This document shows, one piece after another, positions 1 through 11,453 of a stretch of 64,000 nt of DNA. Position 1 is the first letter of the stretch; each line of letters starts with the position of its first letter. The notes under the pieces were generated by a model. That model had not been told where the DNA came from and searched no databases. It worked only from the letters and a program-made list of their open reading frames with translations. A program made the translations under genes and the position numbers. The stretch is taken from positions 24,575-88,574 of the forward strand of contig NIVC01003583.1 in NCBI GenBank assembly GCA_002269645.1, given 5' to 3'. This stretch comes from Macrostomum lignano. Lineage: Eukaryota.

Positions 1-744
1 TATAGCTTTTTGCAGCCCATTTTGCTTACGCGCATCGAATTTAATCCAAGATATGTTTGTCAAAGTAATGGAGCTTTTGTCTATGGTAGCAGGCGGCACA
101 GCGGCATTTAATTTAGTCCAAAAGCATCAAGTTGGTCCATTCAGTTCATTTGCAGCTCAGTCCCAGAATTGTGGACCATATGCTAGGCTATTGAACGAAT
201 GTCATTGGCTTGTGATCGAGCACTCGACTGACTGGGTGAACACCCAAAGGACATTGCAAGGTTGCTGATTGTAAAAGAAAATGTGGTTTACAGCATCCAG
301 CAGCGGCCTTGAAACTCTGCCGCAGAGATTGCCTGCGAAAGGGTGGCCATCGCAAGGAAAGTTGCTCGAGAGCCTCAGGTCCAACTGCTACTCGATGCAG
401 TGGAGACGAACCTTTTGTTGACGTTTCAGAAAATGCAGCAGAAGTTGAGGAAGCAGCTCCAGTTGGTTATCAGATTTCGACTATCAGCAGAGCTCTGGAA
501 AAGCAACTGAAAATTTTGTTAGAGACGCTGACATTCCAGCGGTGCGCAACAACCTGTAGCGTTGAGAGAAGGCAAGAGTTTGTCAATGGCTCACGAGTGT
601 TTGGACCAATGGATGCTTGTTGGAGCCAAAATTAATGCCGCTGCGCCAGCCTTGCTACCATAGACAAAAACTCCGTTACATTGGCAAATGTATCTTGGAT
701 TAAATTAAATGCGCGCAAGCCCAAATGGGCTGCAAAATGCCATA
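1..744. mobile_element. Non-autonomous foldback/MITE-like element with long imperfect terminal inverted repeats (left end probably cut by the window edge)
   Basis: 1-113 (tatagctttttgcagcccattttgcttacgcgcat...gtctatggtagcaggcggcacagcggcatt) is the reverse complement, with scattered mismatches, of about 628-744 (aatgccgctgcgccagccttgctaccatagac...gggctgcaaaatgccata). The paralogous 3' flanks of copies 2 and 3 (about 16690, 34725) lack it. No TSD can be checked. Confidence 0.75.
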
Positions 745-1227
745 TTATGTGTAACAGTAGTCGCTTGAGTGAAGAGCATAGCATAAGAAATCACTAGAGA
801 TTAGAAACAAGTATCCGCATGTATATACAAACAGACAGTAGATAACTGAACGGACAACTGACAGGCACATTTTCAATGACAGGCACCTCACTCCACACGT
901 ATCAATAGCTTTCCTGCTTAGTTGCGTCCAAAAACTCATTGCTCACCCCTCGCAGTTGGTGTATCAGATAGGGATGAATAAACAGAGATGTCTCTAAACA
1001 CTAATTTTTCTTTTAAACGGTTGTAACAACCTGTGATTTTAACTAGACATGTCTCCTCTGCAGCTGTTCACTGTCTTAAACTCTGTTGAATCGCAAGTGC
1101 TCCTTCGAATCCAACAAGAAACGCATGAAAACAAAAAGCAAAAAAGATTTTCACTACTGCATCGCGCTACACGCGCAAACCAGTTGTCTGCAGAAAAACA
1201 AAGCCAACTCCAAGTCACTCACTCGAG

Positions 1228-4200
1228 TCACTCGGAAAACTCGGACGAGACGCACCGTTCGACGCCTTTCGCTCCCTGCAGAGCCCGCGCCGCCTGCTCC
1301 GCTCCGAAGACCTCCGACGGAACCCGCGGTCGGCTGCGGTCGCTCGGGTAGCGACAGTCGTCCACCATGGCGCCCGCCAGGTCGGCAACGTGACCGGCCA
1401 GGCTGCTCTGCAGGTCGCTGCTCGAGACGCAGCTCAGATGCTGGCTCAGCTGGTGGCTGCGCTCGATGGGCTGACCCTGTCTCAGCAGCAATGCCTTCAG
1501 CGCCTTCTCAGTAGCCTGCCAGCTGATGTAGCAGGCCCAGTTGTACTCTCCGGCCTCAGCCAATCGGGATGCCGAGCGCAGGTCGTGCCGCGCCGTCTTC
1601 AGTACCTCGTCGCATCTTCACGCGACGGTCTGGAGAAGTTCGCGCCACCTGAACTGCAGAAAAAGCTGGCAGAACCGCCGCCTCTCGAACTGCCAGACCG
1701 GCCAGGGTAGCGGAAAGCGCAGCCACCGCCGCCGCCGCCACCGCTCCAGCCTCCTCTTGATCGCATGGTGACGACAACTTCCTCTGCGATGCGAATCTGC
1801 CGGTACCTGGTAACCCGAGTTGTCTGCTCGCGCCATCCACCAATGCACTGATCGAACTGTCGGGTCCATACATGATTAGCAGCGCGAGTTCGCACCTGGT
1901 TGAATGACTCATCCGAGTTCGAGTAGTGAGCCAGTATGCGCTGAAAAATCTGATGCTGCTGCTTTGTCGGCAGGGAAGCTGCGCTGCTCAGCAGATGATC
2001 CACCGTTGTTGCAACGTCCTCACCATTATTTTGGTTAGCTTGGGCGAAAGACCGCTCTTCAAAGGAGAAAAGCGCAGACATTGAAACTCTTAGTTTTGAG
2101 CCTCCACCGAATTCAATAGTAAACTCGCTAGTCCACGGGTTATCGCTGCCACCAGGGTGTCTTTCCACTACCCGAGCGTAAACAAGTCTTCCATCGCCAT
2201 TTCTGTAAGCCACAATTCGGTTCACAATGTCCCTTGGTCTATCCGGCAGTTGCTTCAGTATACACTGCTCAAACTCCGGTACAGGTTCACCGAGCATTGA
2301 GTCATCGGTTGCGCTTGGCTCTGCAAAATGCTGCTCACTGGTCTGGTGCAGTGCAATTCCTAGTCCGTGCAGAACGGCTAGCATGCTGTCTGGACTGTCC
2401 ATAAGAAGCACCTGAATTAAACAACTTTTCTGCTCTGGCAAAATGTTGACACCGTTATTCAAAACCTGCATTATAATTTTGATAAATTCCATCTGCCACA
2501 GCTGCCTTCGGTCACCGCTCATCTCGTCCGGAATCGTAGAGTGATTCATGAGAATCCGCTGCCCATCCAGAAAGAAGTTCTTGTCCTGCCCCGAGTCCTG
2601 ATGCTCGACACCATCCAGAAGCAGGCACGTACGCAACTCGGAAAGACACACAACCGAGAAGCGAGATATCAGAGATTTCACTGCAGCCAGTCGCTCGTCT
2701 CCTTTGCCAGAAAGATCCTTGTTGCCATGCAGCATGATGCTTACGATGCACAGGTGCAGCACTGGGTGGCTCAACTTAGCTTGCAGACCGAGTAGGGACT
2801 CACAGCGCTCACCATCGCTGCACAACTTATTGGTGTCTGAAAGCAGCCTCTCGCTTACGTTGTCGCTCAGTTTCTTCAGGCCCATGTCGGCTGCGAGATG
2901 AAAGTACAGCCTCTGAAGCTTGTCAGTGCCCAGCTTGCAGAAGCTCAGATCAAGGAACTCTACATCCTGTGCGTCCACCAATCGATTGTTGTGCACCTCT
3001 GAGTCGTTGATGGTCAGACACCTGCAGTCTACCAGTTCGAAAGCGGCTTCCGTGCTGCTGTCTTGATGCTGACTTCTTTTAGGCAGGAAGAGCACTCTGT
3101 CGGACTGGAACTGGAGCCTGCCGCCCCGCTCCAGCAGCACTATGATACTCGATAGACAGTGCGAAACTGAGTTCAGCTGCTCTGCACGAAGCGAGCCTTG
3201 CTGCTCATTCCGAATCAGTTCCAATGCAAGTCGAAGTTGCTCGATTGTGGCAGACTTTGTAGCTCCCAGTTTTGCAAACAGCTTGCGGAACTGTGAAAAT
3301 TCTTGAGGACACTCGTAGATGTAAGGCAGAATAGCAGAGTTTTTATCGTGAGTAATTCTGCTAGCTGATATAAAAAATGATTTACATGTATAGCCTTCGG
3401 TTTTGATTAGCACACACGGAATATCTTTCAGAAATTTAATTGACTGAAATGCCGTAAAAAGCATAATGGTACTCAGCCTTGAGTACACGGAATTCATGAC
3501 ATGACTTCTCAGTGCTGCAACTTCGCTTCGAAGATCAGCTGACGTGAAGGTCGCTGCAGAGAAAAGGTTGACAACGTGGCGCAGAAAAATGGCATCAGAA
3601 ACTGGCATCGCTGAGCTTGCAAAGCAGCTGCCCTGGCCAACACAGCTCGGTCCGTAGGGCACGGCCGTCCAGCAGAGGAAGCGAGCCTCGAACAGGGCGC
3701 ACTGGGACAGACTCGCCATTCGAAGTCGTTCGCTCTGACAAAGCCTCTGAAGAGCGCCGTCACTGTTGGCTACAATAAATTGAATTCCTGCCAGTTGTCG
3801 GACTACATGTTCGGTTATCTCTTTGCGGAATTTATAGCTGTCGATAAACTTGATCAGAGCTTCCGATTTCTTAGATAATTCATCTGTGATACCACTGGCT
3901 CCTTCTGTTTGCAGCTCACTGGCGAAGCTGATGGCAATTGCGGCCGTGCATTCCAAGATTAGACCGGAAAATTTCATCAGCGTTCTCCATCGCTCTTCAT
4001 TGTACGGCGTTGGCAAGAAAAATTGTGGCTGAAGTAGCTTCTGAAAAATGTTTACTCTGCTATCATAAAACGTGTTGACGCTCCGCCATTGTCCGTCAAA
4101 CGGAATGAGTTTGGCTGTGCTGAGAGACTGACTGAGCATTTGAAACTTGTCAGGGTCCTCCACTTGAACTCTTTCGAACTTCCAGCTCAGCTTTAGAAGT

Positions 4201-7200
4201 TTTTCGAGATGCTTTTTTCGAGTGTTGTCGGTGAATTTGGAGAACAATGGCAGGATAAACCTGGCATAAACCTCAAGCTCTGCCATCTCGTCGCATTGAA
4301 GCTTTTCGTACAGCATCGTGAGAGACCAGTTTGCCTTCAAGAAGATGACCCGGCTGGAGCTCTTCCACTCGTCCATCTCGTCGGCCACGAGCGATGCCGG
4401 CAAGATGCAGGCCTGTTCAGAGTTGAGAGCGCAGCAACGACCGTCAGATGTGACAAACACCGGTAATTGACGCACTCTTGCAAGGAGGTTCTGCTCTCCC
4501 ATTCTCTTACTTAGCTCTCCCCAGTTGCTCTGAATGTACACCAAAAAGCTCACAGCTTGCTTCTCAGTGGTCGCAGATCTCTCAGCGTTCTCATTTAGAG
4601 CGAACTCCATCACTCTCAGCATGGACTCGGGCTGTCTGACGTTGCCACACAGACTGCCGACCAGCTTCAAGCCCATCCTGCTGAGCGAGGGAGCGTTGAG
4701 TTGCTGCAGAGACTCCTCGACTGCTTTGCTGCAGTCATCGAGACCGAATCTGATTGGCTCATAAATACAGGGCGCCAGTGAGAGGCTTGCAAAGCGAGAC
4801 TGGCTGACAGGAATCAGATGTGCGCTGCCCAGTCCTGAAGAGGATAACGTTTGCATTGGTGCATTCTTATTAGTGCATTTGTTGTCTAGAAACTCCCACA
4901 CTCGATTCAACCATTGTTCGAGAAACTCGGCTTCAGTACTAAACTCCCAATTCGATACGTAGTCAGTACGAGACATGCAGACTGCGGCATGCTCTCTGTG
5001 CAAAAGAGTGCGAAAATCCATCAGCTGAAACTTTTTACACAACTGTCCCTGGCATAGATTGATTTTCTTCTTCAGATCGAGCTGAAGTGAAACTTTCTTG
5101 TGCACAAACTCGTGCTTTGCTTCGCTGTGTGAAAACAAGTCGTGGAATTGAGTGAGAAACAGAGGCGTCGATCCATTGCCAAACTCAGTGAGTCGGTTAC
5201 CGGCTCCTAAATTCAAGGGCACTCCGATGAGATGCTGCACCTCGTCTTGTAGTTCATCAAGCAGATATGCGAGCAGGCTTCAACGGCTTCTGGGGTTTGA
5301 AATGATGTCGCGCTCACATCACTCGGCAACGAATCTCGAAGTCGCTTGCACGCTGGACCCCTGAGAAATGCGCAAATGGACACAGCATCAGCCAAAGGGG
5401 TGAATTCCAGCTGGGTCGACTCAAGCGACTGACGAAGGCCTATATAATCCGGGACCATGATGGGAAATCGCAGTTTACTCAGAACGTTCTGAAGATACTC
5501 GGTCAAATTGTTCGGAGTCAGGAATGCAGCACTACCGCTGACATCACCTGAGCTCTGTGCTAGCGGCAACCACTTCTGCTGTTTTTCAATTACAGAGTGC
5601 ACAGGGAAGATTGCCCACCGAAATCGAAAGGCGTTTTGGAAGACAAGCTTTGCAAGCTGGCCCCACAGCGTCTGATTGCTTGCGTGGTACTCTGGAAGAA
5701 GGCTGTAGAAGTGGTGTACGCTCTGCACATTCGGATAAACTGCTTTTGCTGCTTCGAGTAGACTGCCGTAGCAGTCAGGCAGAAGCTGAGTGGCCAGCAC
5801 TTGGTTCCATTGCTCCTTGACATCTACAGCTCCATCAGCCTTCCACAGAGATCTGCGCGATGGGTCCATAATGAAGTGACCATTCACGTGTACAGGAAGT
5901 GCAGTCGTCACAGGCAATGGCAGCAGACAGTAGACGTGACCTTCTATCTGACATGCTTTAGTTATGGAGATATGAGCGGCGACTCCGGTCTTTGGCAGAA
6001 GACGCCACTTTCCGGAGGCCACTTGCTGCTGCAGCTGTGCGGGCATGTTGTCCAGTCGACCTCCGAGTTTTTGGAAAACGAGCCATCTTTGCTTGAAATT
6101 GGTGCCAGTCCCGCTTACCTTGAGTTCGTAGGTGATCGAGCTGATTGGAATGCGGCTTAACTGAGCTCCCCTGCTCCGCAGATGCTGACTGGCGGTTCCG
6201 CACGCCTCCTTGAAGTAATCGAAGCAACCTGATACAGTTTCAACTTCCAACTTGGCTGCAAAAACTGTTGTGAACTTGTTGTCAGCCGATACTTCGGAGA
6301 GTTGCACTTCACGGATATTCAAGAGAAACAAGGCAGTTCGCCCAAGTTCATTCTTGAATTCGTCGAATAGATGCTTGATGTTATCAGCACTGATGGAGCG
6401 TTTGCATATTCTAGATTTTTTAGCTGAGCTCACCGTTCTCAATGGCAGTCGAAACACGGTTCCTCCCGTTTGCGGCAAGCTCTCAGGACAGTACCCCGCA
6501 AATACGTCACGAAAAGTATCTTTCATACGCTGCACGTTCTGGAACATACCCCCTGGAGAAGCCAAAGTAGCACCAGGCATGTACCTGCAGTGCGGATCCA
6601 TCACGCAGAAAATCTTTCTATCGGACAGAAACGAGGGCGCATCCGTGATGTTGTACACACAATTGAACCCGATGCCGTACTGTCCAGCTTTCCATGCGTC
6701 GTCTCGCTTGGACCCGAGACCGAGGTTCTGGATGCCTTCGATGTCCGCATCGGAAAATGTCGAGTCGTTGTAGACGAGAAGCGCGGGTCCCTGCAGCTCC
6801 TTCCAGCTGTCACTCAGCACTTTCTCGGTCCCGTGATGCCGACGATCGATGATGAAGCTGATCTTTGATGCCCCAGCATCATCTGCATTCTGAATGAGTT
6901 CCTTGAAAAGCTCGATTCCAAGCGGGTATCCGGAAATGATGTTCTGCAGTCTGGTTGTGAGGTCCTCGTGTTGGCCGAAAGGCAGAGGCTGCATCGCTTG
7001 AGCCAGCATGCTTTCTCTCTGGTTTGGAATTCCAAGCTTCTGGCACAGCCCAAAGGAGATGTTCTCGTGGCAGAAGAAGGTCTCATTTGGTAGTTGCACA
7101 GATTTCATCCAAGGCAGGTTGTTAAAGCACAATTGCGTGCAGGGTCTCAGAATGCGGCTGTGGTCGGGTGCGAGCAAGCTCTCAGTCGCCAAGGCTTCAT

Positions 7201-10161
7201 CCTGACGGCCGATCTGATCGAGTATTTTAAGGCTCAAATCTAAATCGCCAAGCGTTAGTGGTTCCGAGGAGTAACGCTGAGAAAGAAGTTTAAGCACACC
7301 TGCATAGTGCGATGCTGTGAACTTTTGATTGACTCCGGCTGCCTTGAAGAAGCTGTCGCACTGGATGCCGCTTAGTTCGGAAGGCAAAACATGAAGAAAT
7401 GGCTCGAATCCCGCATCAGATCTCGACAGACTTACTTGAGCAGACCTTATGAATCCTTTCGGGGACCAAATAATGTTCGGAGTCTGTTTCACCATGCTAA
7501 GGACGCTATTCGCATTGAGATAACCGGAAGAGATTTGGGCACTGAGGTGTCGATAAACGCACCGACTCACTCGCAGAGTTTCTTCATTGCCAGCTCGGGT
7601 CAGAGCTACCAGCTGCTGCCAAGCCACCTCATTGGCAACGTAACTCACGTTCAAACTCCGATTTGAGCCAAAAGATCTTGTCTCTTTGATGAGGCAACAT
7701 CACGCAGCACCGTCTCGTCCAAAATAAGCTGCGATGCGGATACAAGATCTTTGCAGCTGGCATCAAACAGCTGACTAGGCTGGAAAAGTTGCGTTTTTGG
7801 ATACTGATCAGCTCGCCAGACAAGGCAACTGTCGTTAGCTTTCTTCAAGGCAGGTAGAAATGCTACGTTTCTCAGCTGACCAATCGGCTGGTTTGAAAAC
7901 CGAGAACGGAACGAATCCAAGTACGAAAGCAGCAACACCGTGCGCTCGGTTCTCTGAGGCTCGGAGAGCGCAGCAACTGACTGGGCGCGACTCAGCAACT
8001 CGGCCCAACTGAGATCCGCGCGGAGCCCGACTGAGCGGAGCGCTCTCAGCCGATCCGGTGTCTGCATGTCCTTGTGAGGAAACACGCTTACGTTCATTTC
8101 GAACAGCCTCGCAGCCTGACAGCTGGTGTCCAGAAGCTGTAGAGGCTGACACAGGGCGTTTCCAACGTTAGGAATGCAGCAGGACTGCTTTAACAAATTT
8201 AAAACGTTTTGAGTTACAATTCTAGAAGCGGAGCTCCAGTCTGCATTGCCTCCACCACTGATAACATCCAGCATGAATTTCAGCACTCTAAAGCAGTCCT
8301 CAGAGTAGCCTGACTGCCACAGGCGAGACATGTTCGGCACCAACTTAAGCAGCAGTGTCTCGCCCGACCATTGACGCTGCAGAATCTTGTTCGTCAGTCC
8401 CAGCTGCTCCACAGTTCGTCGAACTCCATCGGTCAACGATGCGACACCTTCGTGCTGACCCACGAGTTTCGTGGCGAGTCGACTCAAACAATCTGAAATC
8501 CCAGCCAGTGACAGGATGCTGGGATCCAGAAACACTGTGTGACCAAAACTCTTCCACCCAGCTGATGTGTGAAAGATTGGCGCCTGACCGTCAAGCATGG
8601 AAGCGTAGAACTTCTCAATAAGCGGCCTCCACACAGACTGAGTAGCTCTGTCGAATCGAGGCCACAGCTCTTGCGAAATCTCTGCATTCACCAAAGAGAT
8701 TCCACTTAGAATCTTCAGAGCGTCAATGTAGGCAGGACAAATGACGTCTGTGAGCAGCACTCGGTTCCACTCGCCGAGACTCCACACGCCCTGCTTCTCG
8801 TCGACCGTGACCTCGTTGAGGTGTCGTCGGCTCGAGGTGACGGAGAAGCTCGCGTTCAGCATCACTGGGAATGGATTTTCGACAGGCAGCGGTAGGAAGC
8901 AGAACAGCAGCGAGGCCGGCTGTGTGTCACGTGAAAGAGGCACGATCCTGTGAGACTGCTCGACGGGCAGCGCCACAGCTCCCACAGGCGCCAGTCCGAG
9001 ACGACGCTGCTCCAACGCGACAGCGAGCGACTGCCCAGTACCGACAGCAGCGCATACGAGCCACACTCTGGTGGAGGCGACTGTGCTGATCTGGAACTGA
9101 TCTTGAGTTGAGTCTCCAAGATGAACCTCAACCCCGACAGTCGCTTGACAGCGATGTGCTTGATTTTGTCCTGGCCGTCCTTGAGTAGCAGATTCGATCA
9201 GAGCTTCGGCTACCTTGAGAATAGAGCTCTGAGCAGCGAACTCTTGATCCGCTTGTGACATTCCTGATATTGGTAGCGGTGGCAGTGCAATGGCATGTCG
9301 CTGGAAATATTTGAGAGGGCTCTTGTGAACGCAGAACACGAGTTGAGTTTGATTTGAAGGATCGGTCGCATTGGACGGCAGGAACAGACACCGGAATGTT
9401 CGCACTGTCTGGGTGAACAGAAGCATAGCATCGGCTTGCTCTGCAGTGAGTCTCAACAAGCCACGAATCTCCGAGTCAGAGTACACGCGATCGCAGATCT
9501 TCGACTTCGCTGCCTGAGCCTCAGTGCGTAGCGGAAGACGCAGCAGCGTGCCGGCGAAGTTTCCTTCATCTGCTTGCAGATTGCAGCCTGAGACCCCAGC
9601 GAACGGTGCAAACTGGTTGGCGTACCGATCCAGCAGACTCGGCTGTGCTTAAAAGTCGAGCTCAACTCCAGTGTCCCTGTCCCCGTGACTCGCGTACACC
9701 GCCTCCAAGTAGCCCTCGCCCCTGCGCTCACCGTGCGGGTCGAGGATCAGCATTCGGTGCCGACTGAGGATCTGCGGCACGTCAGTCAGGTTGTACACCG
9801 AGTTGAAGCCCAGACCGAAGCGACCGACCTTGGCCGTCTTCTCCAGCTTGGTGGCTCCGCTCAGCTTCAGGATGTTGTCGAAGTCCTCGTCGCTGAAGGT
9901 GGCGTTGTTGAAGGCCCACAGCGTCCGTCCCTGACAGTCGGCCATCGCCGGGTCGAGCAGCGACTCGGAGCCGCGCCAGTCGGAGTTCTCGCGACAGTCG
10001 TAGAGCAGCGTGACCTCGGTGGCGCCCGCGTCGTAAGCGTTCTGCAGCAGCTCCTTGGGCACCGCCAGACCGTCAGAGTACTCGTCGAGCAGTCGTTTGA
10101 GTCGTCGGGTGAACGGCTCAGACTGGCCGCGCAGACGCAGGCCGTCGGAGGTCTGGGCCAT
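1228..10161 (-). pseudogene. SACS: Sacsin-like gene copy 1 (2 GHKL/SRR ATPase repeats + J-like segment + HEPN); in-frame stop plus frameshifts, probably disabled
   Basis: ORF pieces 9649-10161, 7651-9486, 5213-7654, 1599-5240 and 1228-1563 join into one sacsin-like protein. Motifs: KELLQNA(Y)DAGA...GRFGLGFNSVY...GTLLRLPLRT; KELIQNADDAGA...GQYGIGFNCVY...GTVFRLPLRT; HEPN WACYISWQATEKALKA...CRYP. TAA at 9649-9651 where copies 2/3 have CAA; frameshifts near 7652, 5280-5310 and 1603. Confidence 0.85.
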
Positions 10162-10256
10162 TCTGGAGGCCTGTGTGTAGGATTTTTAAGGGGCTTGAAC
10201 TGTGATTGAAGTACATGAAAATGCATGACTTGCATGAGTTGCTTACATGGCAGACA

Positions 10257-11386
10257 GACTGACTGACTGACTGACTGACTGACTGACTGACTGACTGACT
10301 GACTGACTGACTGACTGACTGACTGACTGACTGACTGACTGACTGACTGACTGACTGACTGACTGACTGACTGACTGACTGACTGACTGACTGACTGACT
10401 GACTGACTGACTGACTGACTGACTGACTGACTGACTGACTGACTGACTGACTGACTGACTGACTGACTGACTGACTGACTGACTGACTGACTGACTGACT
10501 GACTGACTGACTGACTGACTGACTGACTGACTGACTGACTGACTGACTGACTGACTGACTGACTGACTGACTGACTGACTGACTGACTGACTGACTGACT
10601 GACTGACTGACTGACTGACTGACTGACTGACTGACTGACTGACTGACTGACTGACTGACTGACTGACTGACTGACTGACTGACTGACTGACTGACTGACT
10701 GACTGACTGACTGACTGACTGACTGACTGACTGACTGACTGACTGACTGACTGACTGACTGACTGACTGACTGACTGACTGACTGACTGACTGACTGACT
10801 GACTGACTGACTGACTGACTGACTGACTGACTGACTGACTGACTGACTGACTGACTGACTGACTGACTGACTGACTGACTGACTGACTGACTGACTGACT
10901 GACTGACTGACTGACTGACTGACTGACTGACTGACTGACTGACTGACTGACTGACTGACTGACTGACTGACTGACTGACTGACTGACTGACTGACTGACT
11001 GACTGACTGACTGACTGACTGACTGACTGACTGACTGACTGACTGACTGACTGACTGACTGACTGACTGACTGACTGACTGACTGACTGACTGACTGACT
11101 GACTGACTGACTGACTGACTGACTGACTGACTGACTGACTGACTGACTGACTGACTGACTGACTGACTGACTGACTGACTGACTGACTGACTGACTGACT
11201 GACTGACTGACTGACTGACTGACTGACTGACTGACTGACTGACTGACTGACTGACTGACTGACTGACTGACTGACTGACTGACTGACTGACTGACTGACT
11301 GACTGACTGACTGACTGACTGACTGACTGACTGACTGACTGACTGACTGACTGACTGACTGACTGACTGACTGACTGACTGACTGA
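10257..11386. repeat. (GACT)n tetranucleotide microsatellite, about 280 perfect units
   Basis: Uninterrupted gact repeats visible directly; they give the spurious SQSV ORFs. Confidence 0.99.
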
Positions 11387-11453
11387 TGAGATATTGGGCG
11401 AGAAGGAAAGGAAGTAAAAGAAGACTACACAATCTCTCTCAAAGCAGACTCTT

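Noticed and set aside
1400-1470. RSHQLSQH as an Rx6H HEPN RNase motif
   Set aside because: It lies at the family's conserved H.L position, not at the later site of the catalytic Rx4-6H, which here is CRYP; no support for nuclease activity.
11383-11412. ctgatgag...gaaa as a hammerhead ribozyme core (also ctgatga at about 55730)
   Set aside because: No complementary stems I-III can be formed around the core.
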